Source: a bacterium | GTDB lineage: Bacteria; Patescibacteriota; Minisyncoccia; Moranbacterales; GWC2-37-73 | NCBI GenBank assembly: GCA_003251635.1 | Contig: QKEW01000017.1 | Span: forward strand, 1 to 59,582 | Direction: 5' to 3' | Length of the DNA stretch: 59,582 nt | Shown: positions 9,794 to 19,891 of the stretch, piece after piece | Layout of the letters: each line of letters starts with the position of its first letter | Numbering within the stretch: position 1 is the stretch's first letter | Program-made: the position numbers and the translations under genes | The notes under the pieces: model-generated | The model's database searches: none | What the model saw: only the letters and a program-made list of their open reading frames with translations | Told to the model about the DNA's origin: nothing

Positions 9794-9810
9794 AATTGAG
9801 TGTTCAATTT

Positions 9811-9832
9811 TAATACGTATTATAATCCTTAT
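9811..9832 (-). promoter_or_regulatory. promoter-like motif ATAAGGATTATAATACGTATTA between murC and murB
   Basis: 21 nt identical to 3101-3121. The TATAAT core lies about 20 nt upstream of the murB ATG, and I see no SD-like sequence in between. Confidence 0.5.
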
Positions 9833-11224
9833 TTATTCACCCTCATTTGAAACCAATTTTTTACCCAAATTCCAAATATCTCCAGCCCCCATGGTTATGA
9901 AAACATCTTCCCGACCCAAACTTTCAATCAAATCAGCTATTTCCTGGTCGGAATTGGAAAAATAAAAAGCTTTGCCTGGAGAATAAGTGTTAATCAATTT
10001 TATCAAATCTTTGGCTGAAACTTTACCACTTTTTTCTCGAACACTGGCATAAATATCTAAAATCAAAACTTCATCAGCGTCATCGAAACTTTGAGCAAAT
10101 TCCTGCAAAAGCTTTTCAGTTCGAGTAAAGGTGTGCGGTTGAAATGCTACCGTAATTTTTTTATCAGCAAATCTTTGCCGCGCTCCAGCCAGAGTGGCTT
10201 GAATTTCATCTGGGTGATGAGCATAATCATCAATAACCAAAGCCCCTTTTTTCTTCCCTAAAATTTCAAAGCGGCGAGCCGTTCCACGAAATCCAGCCAG
10301 GGCCTTTCTGATTCTCTCCAAATCAAAACCCATTCTGTTGGCTAAAATAATTACCGCGCTGGCATTGAGCACATTATGTTTGCCAGATAGCTTAATTTTA
10401 AATTGACCCAAATCCTCTCCTCGATAAAAAAGTCTGAAAGACTGAAAAAAATCCGGTCCATTTTGATTTTCCAATTGAACATCCCTGATTTCATAATCAT
10501 TATCTTCCGAAAAACCATATTTCAAAACCCGACAATGAGCCGCTTGAGCAATTTGCAACGTGTTGGCACTGTCTCCCCAAATTGCCAAAAAACCGCTCTG
10601 AGGAATTTTAGCTACAAAATCAGCAAAAACTTTTTTATAACTTTTTTCGTCTGGGAAAAAATCGGGGTGATCCCAATCAACACTAGTTAAAATGGCTGCT
10701 TGCGGATTGTAATAAGTCAGTTTGTTTTGATATTCATCAGCTTCAGCGATAAAATATTTACCTTGACCCAACAGAACATTGGTTTGCCAATCTATCACCC
10801 GACTGCCAACCAAAGCCAACGGGTCTGCTTCATTTTGCCCAAAGACTTCAGCCAACATGGCGGTTGTTGTTGTCTTACCGTGTGAACCACAAACCGCAAT
10901 GGAAAATTTTTCTTTGAAAAGCTCTCCCAGGGCTTGAGCATAGGTGAGAAACTTGACCTTGCGAGAGCGAATTTCCGCCACTTCCAAATTGGTAATGGAA
11001 ACAGAAGAAGATCGAACGGCAAAATCAATATCCTTGGGGATATTTTCAATAGCAAACTTATCAAAAGTTTCGATACCCTTGTTTCTCAAAACTTCTCGAT
11101 AAAAGTGGTCTCCCTCGTCCGAACCGCTAACTTGCCAACCAAAACTTTGGTAAATCTGAGCCAAAGCCGAGGTTCCCGCTCCTTCAATTCCCACAATATA
11201 GACTTTTTTTGCTTTTTCTTTCAT
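9833..11224 (-). CDS. murC: UDP-N-acetylmuramate--L-alanine ligase
   Basis: 463 aa with GIEGAGTSALA and the Mur ligase P-loop GSHGKTTTT. The DDYAHHP motif is present. Confidence 0.93.
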   Translation of the reverse strand: MKEKAKKVYIVGIEGAGTSALAQIYQSFGWQVSGSDEGDHFYREVLRNKGIETFDKFAIENIPKDIDFAVRSSSVSITNLEVAEIRSRKVKFLTYAQALGELFKEKFSIAVCGSHGKTTTTAMLAEVFGQNEADPLALVGSRVIDWQTNVLLGQGKYFIAEADEYQNKLTYYNPQAAILTSVDWDHPDFFPDEKSYKKVFADFVAKIPQSGFLAIWGDSANTLQIAQAAHCRVLKYGFSEDNDYEIRDVQLENQNGPDFFQSFRLFYRGEDLGQFKIKLSGKHNVLNASAVIILANRMGFDLERIRKALAGFRGTARRFEILGKKKGALVIDDYAHHPDEIQATLAGARQRFADKKITVAFQPHTFTRTEKLLQEFAQSFDDADEVLILDIYASVREKSGKVSAKDLIKLINTYSPGKAFYFSNSDQEIADLIESLGREDVFITMGAGDIWNLGKKLVSNEGE

Positions 11225-11228
11225 ATTC

Positions 11229-12335
11229 TTATCTTATCATTTCTATAATTCCATTGGCAATAACCTCGTCCGCGTTAGGATGATAGAAAGTCTTGAGCTT
11301 TTGACCCATAGATTGGGCCAACTGATTATCATCCAAAAGTTTTTCAACTTTTTCCAAAAGCATATTCTGACCCAAATTACTCTCTTCCAAAACAAAAGCC
11401 CCGCCAATTCTGGAAATATCATAGGCATTGATCCTTTGATGATCATTAGCGGCAATATCCAGCGGAACCAAAATTGCCGGTTTTTCATAGGCAGCAATTT
11501 CAGCAATCGAATTAGCCCCAGCCCGACTGATAACCAGAGAACAAGCTGCTAAGGAATTTTTTAAATCTTCATCATTCAAAAAAGGTTTGGCAATATAGCC
11601 TTCTCGACCGGCCTTAATTCCATATTCAGCCGCTTTGTGCAAAACATTTTCATAATTCTTTTGACCGGTTTGATGAATGATTTGAACTTTTCGCAAAGCC
11701 TGAGGTAAAATTTTTACTACCGCATCATTTATAACCTGAGCCCCCTGACTTCCACCCAAAACCAAGATGACTGGCTTTGAGGTGGTAAAATCAAACTGAG
11801 CCAAAGCCGCCTCCTTGTTGCCATCTAAAATTGTTTCTCGCACCGGATTACCCACCAAAGCTACTTTTTTACTATCAAAATACTTTTCAGCTGAAGGATA
11901 AGCTAGAGCCACTCTTTTGGCCAGTTTTCCACAAATTCGATTGGCCAAGCCGGCAGCCGCATCCGATTCATGAATCAAAACTGGAATCCGATAAATCCAA
12001 GCCGCAATAACTATCGGCACCGCCGCGTATCCACCTTTGGAAAAAATCGCATCCGGCATAAAACGAAAAAGAATCCAAAGTGATTGCAAAACACCCCAAG
12101 GAATTTTGAAAAGGTCAATAAAATTTTGCAGCGAAAAATAACGACGCAGCTTTCCAGCAGCAATGTTCTGAACCGGAATTTCCTCCCTTTCCATCACCTC
12201 TCTTTCCAAAGGTATCCCCGAACCAACATAGAGAAATTGAGCCTCTGGTCCAACCTTGTCTTTGATTTTTTTTACCACCGCTATCAAAGGAAATAAGTGT
12301 CCGCCCGTTCCTCCGCCAGTCAAAACTATTTTCAT
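11229..12335 (-). CDS. murG: undecaprenyldiphospho-muramoylpentapeptide beta-N-acetylglucosaminyltransferase
   Basis: The ORF extends to 12374, but the likely start is MKIVLTGGGTGGHLFP (12335). GT28 G-loop motifs and GGSQGA are present. Confidence 0.92.
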   Translation of the reverse strand: MKIVLTGGGTGGHLFPLIAVVKKIKDKVGPEAQFLYVGSGIPLEREVMEREEIPVQNIAAGKLRRYFSLQNFIDLFKIPWGVLQSLWILFRFMPDAIFSKGGYAAVPIVIAAWIYRIPVLIHESDAAAGLANRICGKLAKRVALAYPSAEKYFDSKKVALVGNPVRETILDGNKEAALAQFDFTTSKPVILVLGGSQGAQVINDAVVKILPQALRKVQIIHQTGQKNYENVLHKAAEYGIKAGREGYIAKPFLNDEDLKNSLAACSLVISRAGANSIAEIAAYEKPAILVPLDIAANDHQRINAYDISRIGGAFVLEESNLGQNMLLEKVEKLLDDNQLAQSMGQKLKTFYHPNADEVIANGIIEMIR

Positions 12336-12403
12336 AAGACTTTTTTTAATTTTTAATTCAAGACTTTCCTCCAATTTTTTGTTGAAAAATCCTCAATCAA
12401 AAA

Positions 12404-13522
12404 TCATTTTTTATGTGCCTGCTTGGAAATATTCAAAAGAACTCCAACAGCGAACATCAAGAAAATCAAAGAAGTTCCTCCATAGCTAACGAAAGGCAAA
12501 GGGATGCCGGTCAGGGGAATCAAAGCAACATTGGCGGCAATATTAACAAATGCTTGGGTCACAATCCAAACCGTGATTCCAACAGCCAACAGACAACCAA
12601 ATTCATCCGGCGCATTTTTAACAATTCGAAAACCGCGAAAAGCAATAATCAGAAAAAGAACTATCAGAAAAGTTGCTCCGATTATTCCCAGCTCCTCTCC
12701 AATTATGGCAAAAATAGAATCGCCGACTGGTTCCGGCAGGTAATTAAACTTTTGCCGACTATAACCCAGCCCCAACCCAAAAATTCCACCACTGCCTACC
12801 GCCAACAGCGCCTGGTTGATTTGATAACCGATTCCCTGCGGATCGTCACTGCGATTCAAAAAAGCCAAGATGCGATTGAAACGATAGGGTTCCAATTTGA
12901 CCAGCATAAAGACCATCAAGGAACCAAAAACGCCCATGAGAGTCAAATGACTCAATCTGGCACCGGAAACAAAATAAATTGAAACTGCAATCAAAATCAA
13001 AACCCCCAACGTTCCCATGTCTGGCTGCTTCAAAATCAAAATTCCAGCCAAACCAATAATCCCCAAAAAAGGCACGAAGCTTTCAAAAAAATCTTTAACC
13101 TGATGAGTGCCTTTATTTTCCAACCAAGCTGCCAGATAAATTATCAAACAAAATTTAACCATTTCAGATGGCTGAAAAGAAATCGGACCCAGATCAATCC
13201 AGCGCATGGCACCATAAACTTTCATTCCGATTCCAGGCACAAAAACCAACACCAAAAAAATTACCGAAATTCCAAAAAGAGGCAAAGCCACTTTTCGCCA
13301 ATAATGGTAGTCGATTTTTTGAGCCAGATACATTCCCAAAAGTCCTGGCAAAATTCCATAGAAAAGCTGATGTTTAAAAAAATAGTAGGGATCCCCAAAG
13401 CGGGTTTGTGAATAAATTATACCAGCACTGGAAATCATGACCAAACCTATCACGATCAAAATCAAAACCGAAACCAACAGCGGCCGATCGATCTCATGAT
13501 TTTGAACCTTAACTCTGCGCAT
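12404..13522 (-). CDS. ftsW: SEDS-family peptidoglycan glycosyltransferase (FtsW by dcw context)
   Basis: About 10 TM segments. SEDS motifs are QPSEMVKF, SDDPQGIGYQ, PEPVGDSIFA and IPLPFVSYGGTS. The internal Met at 13522 avoids overlap with trmD. Confidence 0.88.
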   Translation of the reverse strand: MRRVKVQNHEIDRPLLVSVLILIVIGLVMISSAGIIYSQTRFGDPYYFFKHQLFYGILPGLLGMYLAQKIDYHYWRKVALPLFGISVIFLVLVFVPGIGMKVYGAMRWIDLGPISFQPSEMVKFCLIIYLAAWLENKGTHQVKDFFESFVPFLGIIGLAGILILKQPDMGTLGVLILIAVSIYFVSGARLSHLTLMGVFGSLMVFMLVKLEPYRFNRILAFLNRSDDPQGIGYQINQALLAVGSGGIFGLGLGYSRQKFNYLPEPVGDSIFAIIGEELGIIGATFLIVLFLIIAFRGFRIVKNAPDEFGCLLAVGITVWIVTQAFVNIAANVALIPLTGIPLPFVSYGGTSLIFLMFAVGVLLNISKQAHKK

Positions 13523-13533
13523 AGTTTTCAATT

Positions 13534-14208
13534 TCAAATTTTTTCTTGATTTTTTTTGGATTGTTCTTGGCGCCAAGCAGCTATCTCTCCGTGATCACCA
13601 CTAAGCAAAATCGGAGGAACTTTCCAATCGTTGAAAATTTCCGGTTTAGTGTATTGGGGATATTCCAGATAACCGCTTTGAGAATGCGACTCGTCCTGAA
13701 AGCTCTGGGCGTTTCCCAAAACCCCTTCTTCCAAACGTGAAACTGAATCAACCAAAACCATAGCCGGAATCTCTCCCCCGGTCAAAACATAGTCTCCGAT
13801 CGAGATTTCTTCATCAATCAAGTTTTCAGCTACCCGCTCATCCACTCCTTCATATCGACCACAAACCAAAACCAGCTCTTCATATTCAGATAGTCTTTGT
13901 GCGTCTTGTTGGGTAAACTTTTTACCCTTAGCTGAAAACAAGATGGTGCGCCGAGCTGAAGATTCCACAGTCGAATCATTTTTAATTTTTTCTAAAGCCC
14001 GAAAAATCGGCTCGACTTTCAAGACCATACCCGCCCCTCCCCCATAGGGCGTGTCATCGACAGTTTTGTGTTTGTCCTGAGCAAAACCGCGCAAATCGTG
14101 AGTGTTTATCTCAATCAGCTTTTTTTGCCGAGCGCGACCAATGATTGATTCGCCAAAATAAGAATCAAAAATTTGGGGAAAAATGGTTACTATTTCAAAT
14201 TTTTTCAT
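13534..14208 (-). CDS. trmD: tRNA (guanine37-N1)-methyltransferase
   Basis: Motifs are FEIVTIFPQIF, DDTPYGGGAGMVL, CGRYEGVDERV and SIGDYVLTGGE. The likely start is MKKFEIV. Confidence 0.93.
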   Translation of the reverse strand: MKKFEIVTIFPQIFDSYFGESIIGRARQKKLIEINTHDLRGFAQDKHKTVDDTPYGGGAGMVLKVEPIFRALEKIKNDSTVESSARRTILFSAKGKKFTQQDAQRLSEYEELVLVCGRYEGVDERVAENLIDEEISIGDYVLTGGEIPAMVLVDSVSRLEEGVLGNAQSFQDESHSQSGYLEYPQYTKPEIFNDWKVPPILLSGDHGEIAAWRQEQSKKNQEKI

Positions 14209-14261
14209 AAAAATATTCTTCAAAAAATAAACCTGATTCAAGGCCATTTTAGCACATTAAA

Positions 14262-14300
14262 AATAACTGAACAAACAAAAATAGCCCTGTCCTGCCGGAC
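14262..14300 (-). terminator. imperfect GC-rich hairpin followed by a T-run (minus strand)
   Basis: The minus strand reads ATAGTCCGTCCGGCAGGACAGGGCTATTTTTG, just downstream of the upstream gene and before trmD. Confidence 0.4.
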
Positions 14301-14331
14301 GGACTATTTTCATATTTCGACAAAAACCGAT

Positions 14332-15180
14332 TTATCTTAACTCCATTTCAAAACTTTCTGAAAAATCTTCTTTGCGATTTTTGAAATTTCGTTCATCTTT
14401 TTCCCGATATCCACCTCTCTCATCATCTTCAAATCCGCGCATTGGATGCTCTGGAGCAAAAATCAAAACTGTTGCCTCAAAAACATTTTCACCTTGGTCT
14501 TTTCCAATTATTCGTACGATTTCATTTTTATTCAAATCCAAAACTCCTCGAGTTTGCATATCCTGAGAAAAAACAACTTCCCAAGCCGAATTTTTCAGAT
14601 CAATAATTGACATTTTAGATTGACCCATGGAGACAATTCGACCAGCCAAAAAACCTTCTTCCGGTCTTTGCCACATGTGTTCCATTCCCGGCATGAAATC
14701 TCGGTAAAAGGGCAACTGATGATAAGCAAAATCATCCACTATCTTTCCCATTTTTACAAAATTAGCCGCACTGCCCACGGCAGTCACCAAAGCCAAAAAG
14801 GAAAGAATAATGACCAAATTTCGATGCCGATAACCTTGTTGGGTTTTGCGAACAAAATGAAAAACCAAAAAGCCCAAACCAACCAAAATCATCAACCATA
14901 AATAAGGCAGGTAAAAAAACAAATTTCGCCAACCTCCTCCCGGAGCATATCGAAAAGCTTCCCAATCAATTTGAAAAAGCAGATGAATCCCAGCAGCTAC
15001 CGCCAAGATACTAAAAACAGCCGCTAAAACCACCAGGAACCAATAAAGAAAATTAACAGCCACAAAACGCCACCTGGGCAGGGGTTTGATATGCTCGCTT
15101 TTCAGCTTGCTGACTGTTTTTTCAATTAGATTTTTCATAGTCATAAATAAGTACGTGAAAATTAACCTAAAAAATTTCAA
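14332..15180 (-). CDS. membrane protein, possible anti-sigma factor
   Basis: 282 aa with 3-4 TM helices after a short cytoplasmic N-terminus. Its start overlaps the stop of the ECF sigma gene. The function is inferred from position only. Confidence 0.4.
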   Translation of the reverse strand: MKFFRLIFTYLFMTMKNLIEKTVSKLKSEHIKPLPRWRFVAVNFLYWFLVVLAAVFSILAVAAGIHLLFQIDWEAFRYAPGGGWRNLFFYLPYLWLMILVGLGFLVFHFVRKTQQGYRHRNLVIILSFLALVTAVGSAANFVKMGKIVDDFAYHQLPFYRDFMPGMEHMWQRPEEGFLAGRIVSMGQSKMSIIDLKNSAWEVVFSQDMQTRGVLDLNKNEIVRIIGKDQGENVFEATVLIFAPEHPMRGFEDDERGGYREKDERNFKNRKEDFSESFEMELR

Positions 15181-15757
15181 ATCCTTTCTTTTTTGCTTCT
15201 TTTTGAATCATCTTCTTTCCGCGAGCTATCAGAGTTGCTACCGTGCCCTTCGGTTTTTGCAAAATATCCATAATTTCTTCGTAGTCTTTATCTTCAATAA
15301 ACCTCAAAATCAAAACTTCTCGATACTTTAGAGGCATCTTTTCAATAATATCGCGAATAGCACCCATATCCTGCTTATTAGCCAAATCCTTTTCCAGATC
15401 AACATCTGACCTGATAATTTTCAGCCAACTGTCATCCTCATTCAAGGCAATTTTTGGTCTGGCCGCAATCTTGCGAAAATTATCAACTACGTGATTATGC
15501 GAGATACGATAAGCCCAACTGGAAAACTTCATCTGGCAGTTATAACCGTTTATGTTCAAATAAATCTTCACGAAAATATCTTGAAGTAAATCCTCAACAT
15601 CATCGTTACTTAACTGGGATATTCTTTTTATATAGAAAAACAGAGGTTTTTGATAGCGATCCATCAAGGCCCCGAACATTTCCGGATCCTTTTTGGCCAA
15701 CTCAACCAGCTGTTGATCAGTTTTTTTCTCCAAATCCTCTTTAATTTTCATGATCAA
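15167..15757 (-). CDS. RNA polymerase sigma factor, sigma-70/ECF family
   Basis: 196 aa. The region 2 pattern is DDVEDLLQDIFVKIY...FSSWAYRISHN, and the region 4 HTH is LKYREVLILRFIEDKDYEEIMDILQKPKGTVATLIARGKKMI. Confidence 0.88.
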   Translation of the reverse strand: MIMKIKEDLEKKTDQQLVELAKKDPEMFGALMDRYQKPLFFYIKRISQLSNDDVEDLLQDIFVKIYLNINGYNCQMKFSSWAYRISHNHVVDNFRKIAARPKIALNEDDSWLKIIRSDVDLEKDLANKQDMGAIRDIIEKMPLKYREVLILRFIEDKDYEEIMDILQKPKGTVATLIARGKKMIQKEAKKKGFEIF

Positions 15758-15886
15758 TTTTATTCACTTTTTCGAACAAGTCTAATACGAAAAAGATCGA
15801 ATTTATTTGCATTCGCGACAACACACCCTGCCAAAACAAGGCGTGTGACATATTTTTTTCAACTCTCCAATGACCGAGCTGAAAAA

Positions 15887-16375
15887 TTAAAGTTTATAAA
15901 AATCCTCCTTAGGGGCACCACAAACCGGACAAACATCCGGCGCCTCATTCAAATGCGGATAGCCGCAAACCGAACAAATATAGTAGTCATTTTCTTCAAT
16001 CTCGCCTTTTTTCTCCAAAGCTTCGGAAAAAAGTTTTTCATGAATTTTCTCAACCGCATTAGCTCGAAAAAAACCAATTTGAGCTTCAGCTTGTTTTTCT
16101 TCCTTAGCTTTTTCGATAAACTCCGGATACATTTTGGAAAATTCATAGGTTTCGCCTTCAATCGCTCCCTTAAGATTTTGCAAAGACTCCCCAACCTGAC
16201 CGGCATTTTCAAGATGCTTTAGCGCATGAATTGTTTCGCCCTCGGCTGCCACTCGAAAAAGTTTAGCCAAACCTTTTTTCCCCTCTTTTTCAGCCACCTT
16301 GGCAAAAGCTAGATATTTACGATTAGCCTGTGATTCACCGGCAAAAGCTGCCAATAAATTTTCTTGAGTTTTCAT
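15887..16375 (-). CDS. rbr: rubrerythrin
   Basis: 162 aa with a ferritin-like diiron N-domain (ESQANRKYLAF...EGETIHA...EGETYEF) and a C-terminal rubredoxin-like CSVCGY...CPVCGAP. Confidence 0.9.
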   Translation of the reverse strand: MKTQENLLAAFAGESQANRKYLAFAKVAEKEGKKGLAKLFRVAAEGETIHALKHLENAGQVGESLQNLKGAIEGETYEFSKMYPEFIEKAKEEKQAEAQIGFFRANAVEKIHEKLFSEALEKKGEIEENDYYICSVCGYPHLNEAPDVCPVCGAPKEDFYKL

Positions 16376-16395
16376 GTTTTTTTTCGTTAATTATT

Positions 16396-16408
16396 TTAGA
16401 TTATCTAA
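16396..16408. promoter_or_regulatory. 13-bp palindrome TTAGATTATCTAA upstream of rubrerythrin (candidate operator)
   Basis: Perfect inverted repeat 21-33 nt upstream of the rbr ATG. A Fur/PerR-type operator is only an inference from context. Confidence 0.3.
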
Positions 16409-16602
16409 AGACAAAATTTTAATTCGCCAAATTTGCAAATTAGGTTTATAATGGAATCAAAATCTTCAGGCGAGAAGACGAAAAATTGGAACCCACCTGG
16501 TTAAACCCGGGAAAAATTATTTTTTTCTCTATAATTACATCAAGGGATCCAGCCGCTTTCTCAAGTTGAGGATTTTTTTTATTTTTTAAAAAAGCCCTTT
16601 TA

Positions 16603-17628
16603 TTACAAACCGTTGAGGGATTTATTTCGAACGTGCTGCTCAAAAGTCTCAGAAAAAACAGTCTCTCCGGTTTCCGGATTACTCAAAAAATAGAAATAAT
16701 TTGTTTTAGCCGGCCAGATGGCAGCCTCGATAGAAGAAGCTCCCGGATTGCCAATTGGTCCGGGCGGTAAACCGGGAAATTTGTAGGTATTATAAAGAGA
16801 ATCAATCGAAATATCCTCAGCGTTGTGCTGAACTTTCTTTTCCCCACCCAACACATAGGCAACTGTCGCATCACTTTGCAATGCCATACCAATTTCAAGG
16901 CGATTAGTAAAAATTCCAGCCACAATTTTGCGATCAACAGCCGAAGGCACCTCAGCCTCAATTATGCTGGCTAAAGTAACTGTTTCAAAAATAGTCTTGT
17001 TTTCCAATTTTAGTTGCGAACGCCACTGCTCGGAGAATTTCAAATCAAAATTTTTCAACATCTTCAAAATTATGCTGGGGGGTTCTTCTTCAAAAGAGAA
17101 AAAATAGGTATCAGGAAAAAGATATCCTTCCAAAGAAGCTTGGACTGGCTTGTCAGAGAGAAAATCAAATTGATCAACGATATCCGCCGACGGTTTTTCA
17201 GCCAAATTCAAAAATCCTTCCCCATCCAAGTTTTTTTCGGATACAATTTGAGCCATTTCTTTTATTGTCAATCCTTCCGGAAAAGTTACTTTAAGGTAGT
17301 CCGGACGGGTTTCTCCTGCCACCAAAATCTTCACGATTTCTGGAATCTTTAAACCTGGATCAATTTCATAGGTCCCTGCCATAATTTTTCCGATCAAATC
17401 TTCCTTCCAGAGGTAATAAATCAAATAACTTTCTTGCCGAATTATTTTTTTCTCTTTGAGTTTTTGAGCAATAATTCGAGTATCATCACCTTTGACTATC
17501 TCCAAAGTCTCTTTCTGTTGCGCCTTTCCAATTGAACTGCTAACTTGATGGGAAAACCAAAAAAGCATTGCCAATAAAATCAGCAATCCTAAAAGAAAAA
17601 ATTTAACAAATTTTTTAATTTTGAGCAT
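16603..17628 (-). CDS. mltG: endolytic murein transglycosylase MltG (YceG-like)
   Basis: 341 aa with an N-terminal TM helix. YceG signatures are LEGYLFPDTY, ASIIEAE, LQSDATVAY, YNTY and GLPPGPI.NPG. Confidence 0.9.
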   Translation of the reverse strand: MLKIKKFVKFFLLGLLILLAMLFWFSHQVSSSIGKAQQKETLEIVKGDDTRIIAQKLKEKKIIRQESYLIYYLWKEDLIGKIMAGTYEIDPGLKIPEIVKILVAGETRPDYLKVTFPEGLTIKEMAQIVSEKNLDGEGFLNLAEKPSADIVDQFDFLSDKPVQASLEGYLFPDTYFFSFEEEPPSIILKMLKNFDLKFSEQWRSQLKLENKTIFETVTLASIIEAEVPSAVDRKIVAGIFTNRLEIGMALQSDATVAYVLGGEKKVQHNAEDISIDSLYNTYKFPGLPPGPIGNPGASSIEAAIWPAKTNYFYFLSNPETGETVFSETFEQHVRNKSLNGL

Positions 17629-17632
17629 CTAT

Positions 17633-18259
17633 TTAAAAATCGTTTTTTTCAATCAAAGGCACAAAAGAGAAACCAGGAAATTTTTCCGTGGTAACTTTAT
17701 TGTCCCTATCTTTTTTCACAAAACAAATATCATTATTGATTGGAATAATCATTTTACCACCTTGAGCTAACTGAGAAATTAGCTCTTTAGGAACTTCTTT
17801 AGACATAGCTGAAACCAAAATTCGATCATAAGGTGCATTTTTCTCAAAACCTTTGCTGCCATCCATGCAATGATATTCGATATTTTCACTCTTTATGAAA
17901 TCAAACTTGGCAATGTTCTTGCGACCAAAATCGCAAAGTTCCTTAATTCTCTCAATAGAAGTCACTTTTCCCGTCTCACCTACTATATGTAACAGCAAAA
18001 CAGTAGTCCAACCACTGCCGCTACCTACATCTAAAACATTCTGACCGAGCTGGGGATCCAAAAGTTCCAGCATAACCGCCACTGTCATGGGCTGAGAAAT
18101 TGTTTGACCATAACCTATCGGCAAAGGAATATCCAAATCAGCACTACCAATCAAATCGTCCGGCACAAACTCGGTTCGACTAATCTCAAAAAAAGCATTA
18201 ATTATCGCCTCGGTCTTCAAATAACCTTTTCTCATTAAGTCGTTAGCCAACTTACTCAT
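17633..18259 (-). CDS. pcm: protein-L-isoaspartate O-methyltransferase
   Basis: 208 aa with GQTISQPMTVAVMLELL, the VLDVGSGSGW SAM motif and a PLIEKN-type C-terminus. Confidence 0.87.
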   Translation of the reverse strand: MSKLANDLMRKGYLKTEAIINAFFEISRTEFVPDDLIGSADLDIPLPIGYGQTISQPMTVAVMLELLDPQLGQNVLDVGSGSGWTTVLLLHIVGETGKVTSIERIKELCDFGRKNIAKFDFIKSENIEYHCMDGSKGFEKNAPYDRILVSAMSKEVPKELISQLAQGGKMIIPINNDICFVKKDRDNKVTTEKFPGFSFVPLIEKNDF

Positions 18260-18279
18260 TTTTGTGATTTCTAAAATAT

Positions 18280-18726
18280 TTAAATTCCCATAACCTGCAC
18301 AATCACGTCTCTTTTTCGAGATCCGTCGAAATCAATCGCAAAAATACTTTGCAAATCAGCAATCATCAATTTTCCCTTTTCAATCGGAATGACTTCACTA
18401 TTGCCCATCAGCAAGGATTTGCAATGAGAATGACCATTGCTTCTTCCATCCGATTTGGAACCTTTCTTTAATTCAAATAGATCATGTGAATAGCGATCAT
18501 CCATTGGCACCAGCTTATAGAGAACTCGCATAAAATCTTGAATAAGCATGGGTTCATTGTGATTAATTGCAACGCCCATAGTTGTATGCGGCACATAAAC
18601 CAAAACTTGTCCTTGTCGTATCTTGGATTTCTCTACAATTTCCTGAACCTTTTCCGTTATGTCCATAAACTCAATCTGAGTTGTACTTTCCAGCTCAATT
18701 TTTTGTTTGTGAAGCTTAATTTCCAT
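18280..18726 (-). CDS. yjbQ: YjbQ/UPF0047 family (secondary thiamine-phosphate synthase) protein
   Basis: Motifs are DITEKV...GQVLVYVPHTTMGVAINHNEP, NGHSHCKSLLMG and FDGSRKRDVIVQVMG. An internal Met at 18726 avoids overlap with the malic enzyme gene. Confidence 0.83.
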   Translation of the reverse strand: MEIKLHKQKIELESTTQIEFMDITEKVQEIVEKSKIRQGQVLVYVPHTTMGVAINHNEPMLIQDFMRVLYKLVPMDDRYSHDLFELKKGSKSDGRSNGHSHCKSLLMGNSEVIPIEKGKLMIADLQSIFAIDFDGSRKRDVIVQVMGI

Positions 18727-18730
18727 TTTT

Positions 18731-19891
18731 TTATTTTTTATTTTTATTCCCAAAAATTTTAGCTATCGCTCGAACTGCTTGGCGATCTAGTGCGTCTACT
18801 ATAATTTTATCATGATTCGGATTTTTTACCAACGCAGCCAAAACTTTGGCCGCCTTAAGTTTATGATTTTCAGTTATATCTCGAACCCTTTGATCCAAAG
18901 CCCCCCGAAAAATTCCCGGAAAAGCCAAAACATTATTAATTTGATTCGGATAATCCGACCGTCCAGTGGCTACAATCGCGGCCCCACCCTTTCTGGCTTC
19001 CTCTGGCATAATTTCCGGGATTGGATTGCTCATGGCAAAAACAATAGCATCTTCATTCATTTTGGAAATATCGACATGTGAAATCAAATTCGGTGCACTA
19101 ACCCCCACAAAAACATCCGCCCCTTTCAAAGCGTTTTGCAAAGTTCCAGCAATTTTCTCAGGATTGGTCATTTTGGCAATCTCAATTTTAATCTCATTCA
19201 ATCCTTCTTTTCTGCCTTCAAAAATTATGCCACAACTATCCAAAACTAAAATATTTTTTACTCCATATTGCAAAAGTAATTTAGTTATAGCCACTCCAGC
19301 TGCGCCTGCACCTGAAACCACCACCTTAATCTTGCTTTTATTTTTTCCGACAACTTTCAAAGCATTGATCAATCCAGCCAAAACCACAATGGCCGTACCA
19401 TGCTGATCATCATGAAAAACCGGAATATCCAATTCCTTTTTCAATCTCTCTTCAATTTCAAAACAGCGCGGCGCACTAATATCTTCCAGATTAATTCCGC
19501 CAAAAGTTGGTGCTAAATTTTTTACTATCCGAACAATTTCATCAGAGTCTTGAGTATTTAGCACAATTGGAATTGCATCTACCCCGCCCAGTTCCTTAAA
19601 AAGTAGCGCCTTGCCCTCCATAACCGGCAAAGCTGCCTCCGGTCCGATGTTTCCCAAGCCCAAAACTGCACTGCCATCAGAAATTACCGCTACTGAATTT
19701 TTACGTATTGTGTAGTCAAAACTTAATTTTTTATCGTCGGCAATTTTGCGACACACCTCAGCAACTCCTGGAGTATACAAAACGGATAGACTTTTTTTGG
19801 TTAATTTTCTTTTTGATTTAACTTCAATTTTTCCGCCAATTTTTTGCGAGAGCTTGATAGCTTCCAGTGAATTTCTATTCTTGTCTGCCAT
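18731..19891 (-). CDS. NAD(P)-dependent malic enzyme (small form)
   Basis: 386 aa with LSVLYTPGVA, VISDGSAVLGLGNIGPEAALPVMEGKALLFK, FGGINLEDI, the VVSGAGAAG Rossmann motif and SNP.PEI. Confidence 0.9.
   Translation of the reverse strand: MADKNRNSLEAIKLSQKIGGKIEVKSKRKLTKKSLSVLYTPGVAEVCRKIADDKKLSFDYTIRKNSVAVISDGSAVLGLGNIGPEAALPVMEGKALLFKELGGVDAIPIVLNTQDSDEIVRIVKNLAPTFGGINLEDISAPRCFEIEERLKKELDIPVFHDDQHGTAIVVLAGLINALKVVGKNKSKIKVVVSGAGAAGVAITKLLLQYGVKNILVLDSCGIIFEGRKEGLNEIKIEIAKMTNPEKIAGTLQNALKGADVFVGVSAPNLISHVDISKMNEDAIVFAMSNPIPEIMPEEARKGGAAIVATGRSDYPNQINNVLAFPGIFRGALDQRVRDITENHKLKAAKVLAALVKNPNHDKIIVDALDRQAVRAIAKIFGNKNKK

Noticed and set aside
16446-16643. A 65-aa minus-strand ORF between mltG and rubrerythrin.
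   Set aside because: It overlaps the mltG 3' end, has no motif and has poor start context. The region is more likely intergenic or regulatory.
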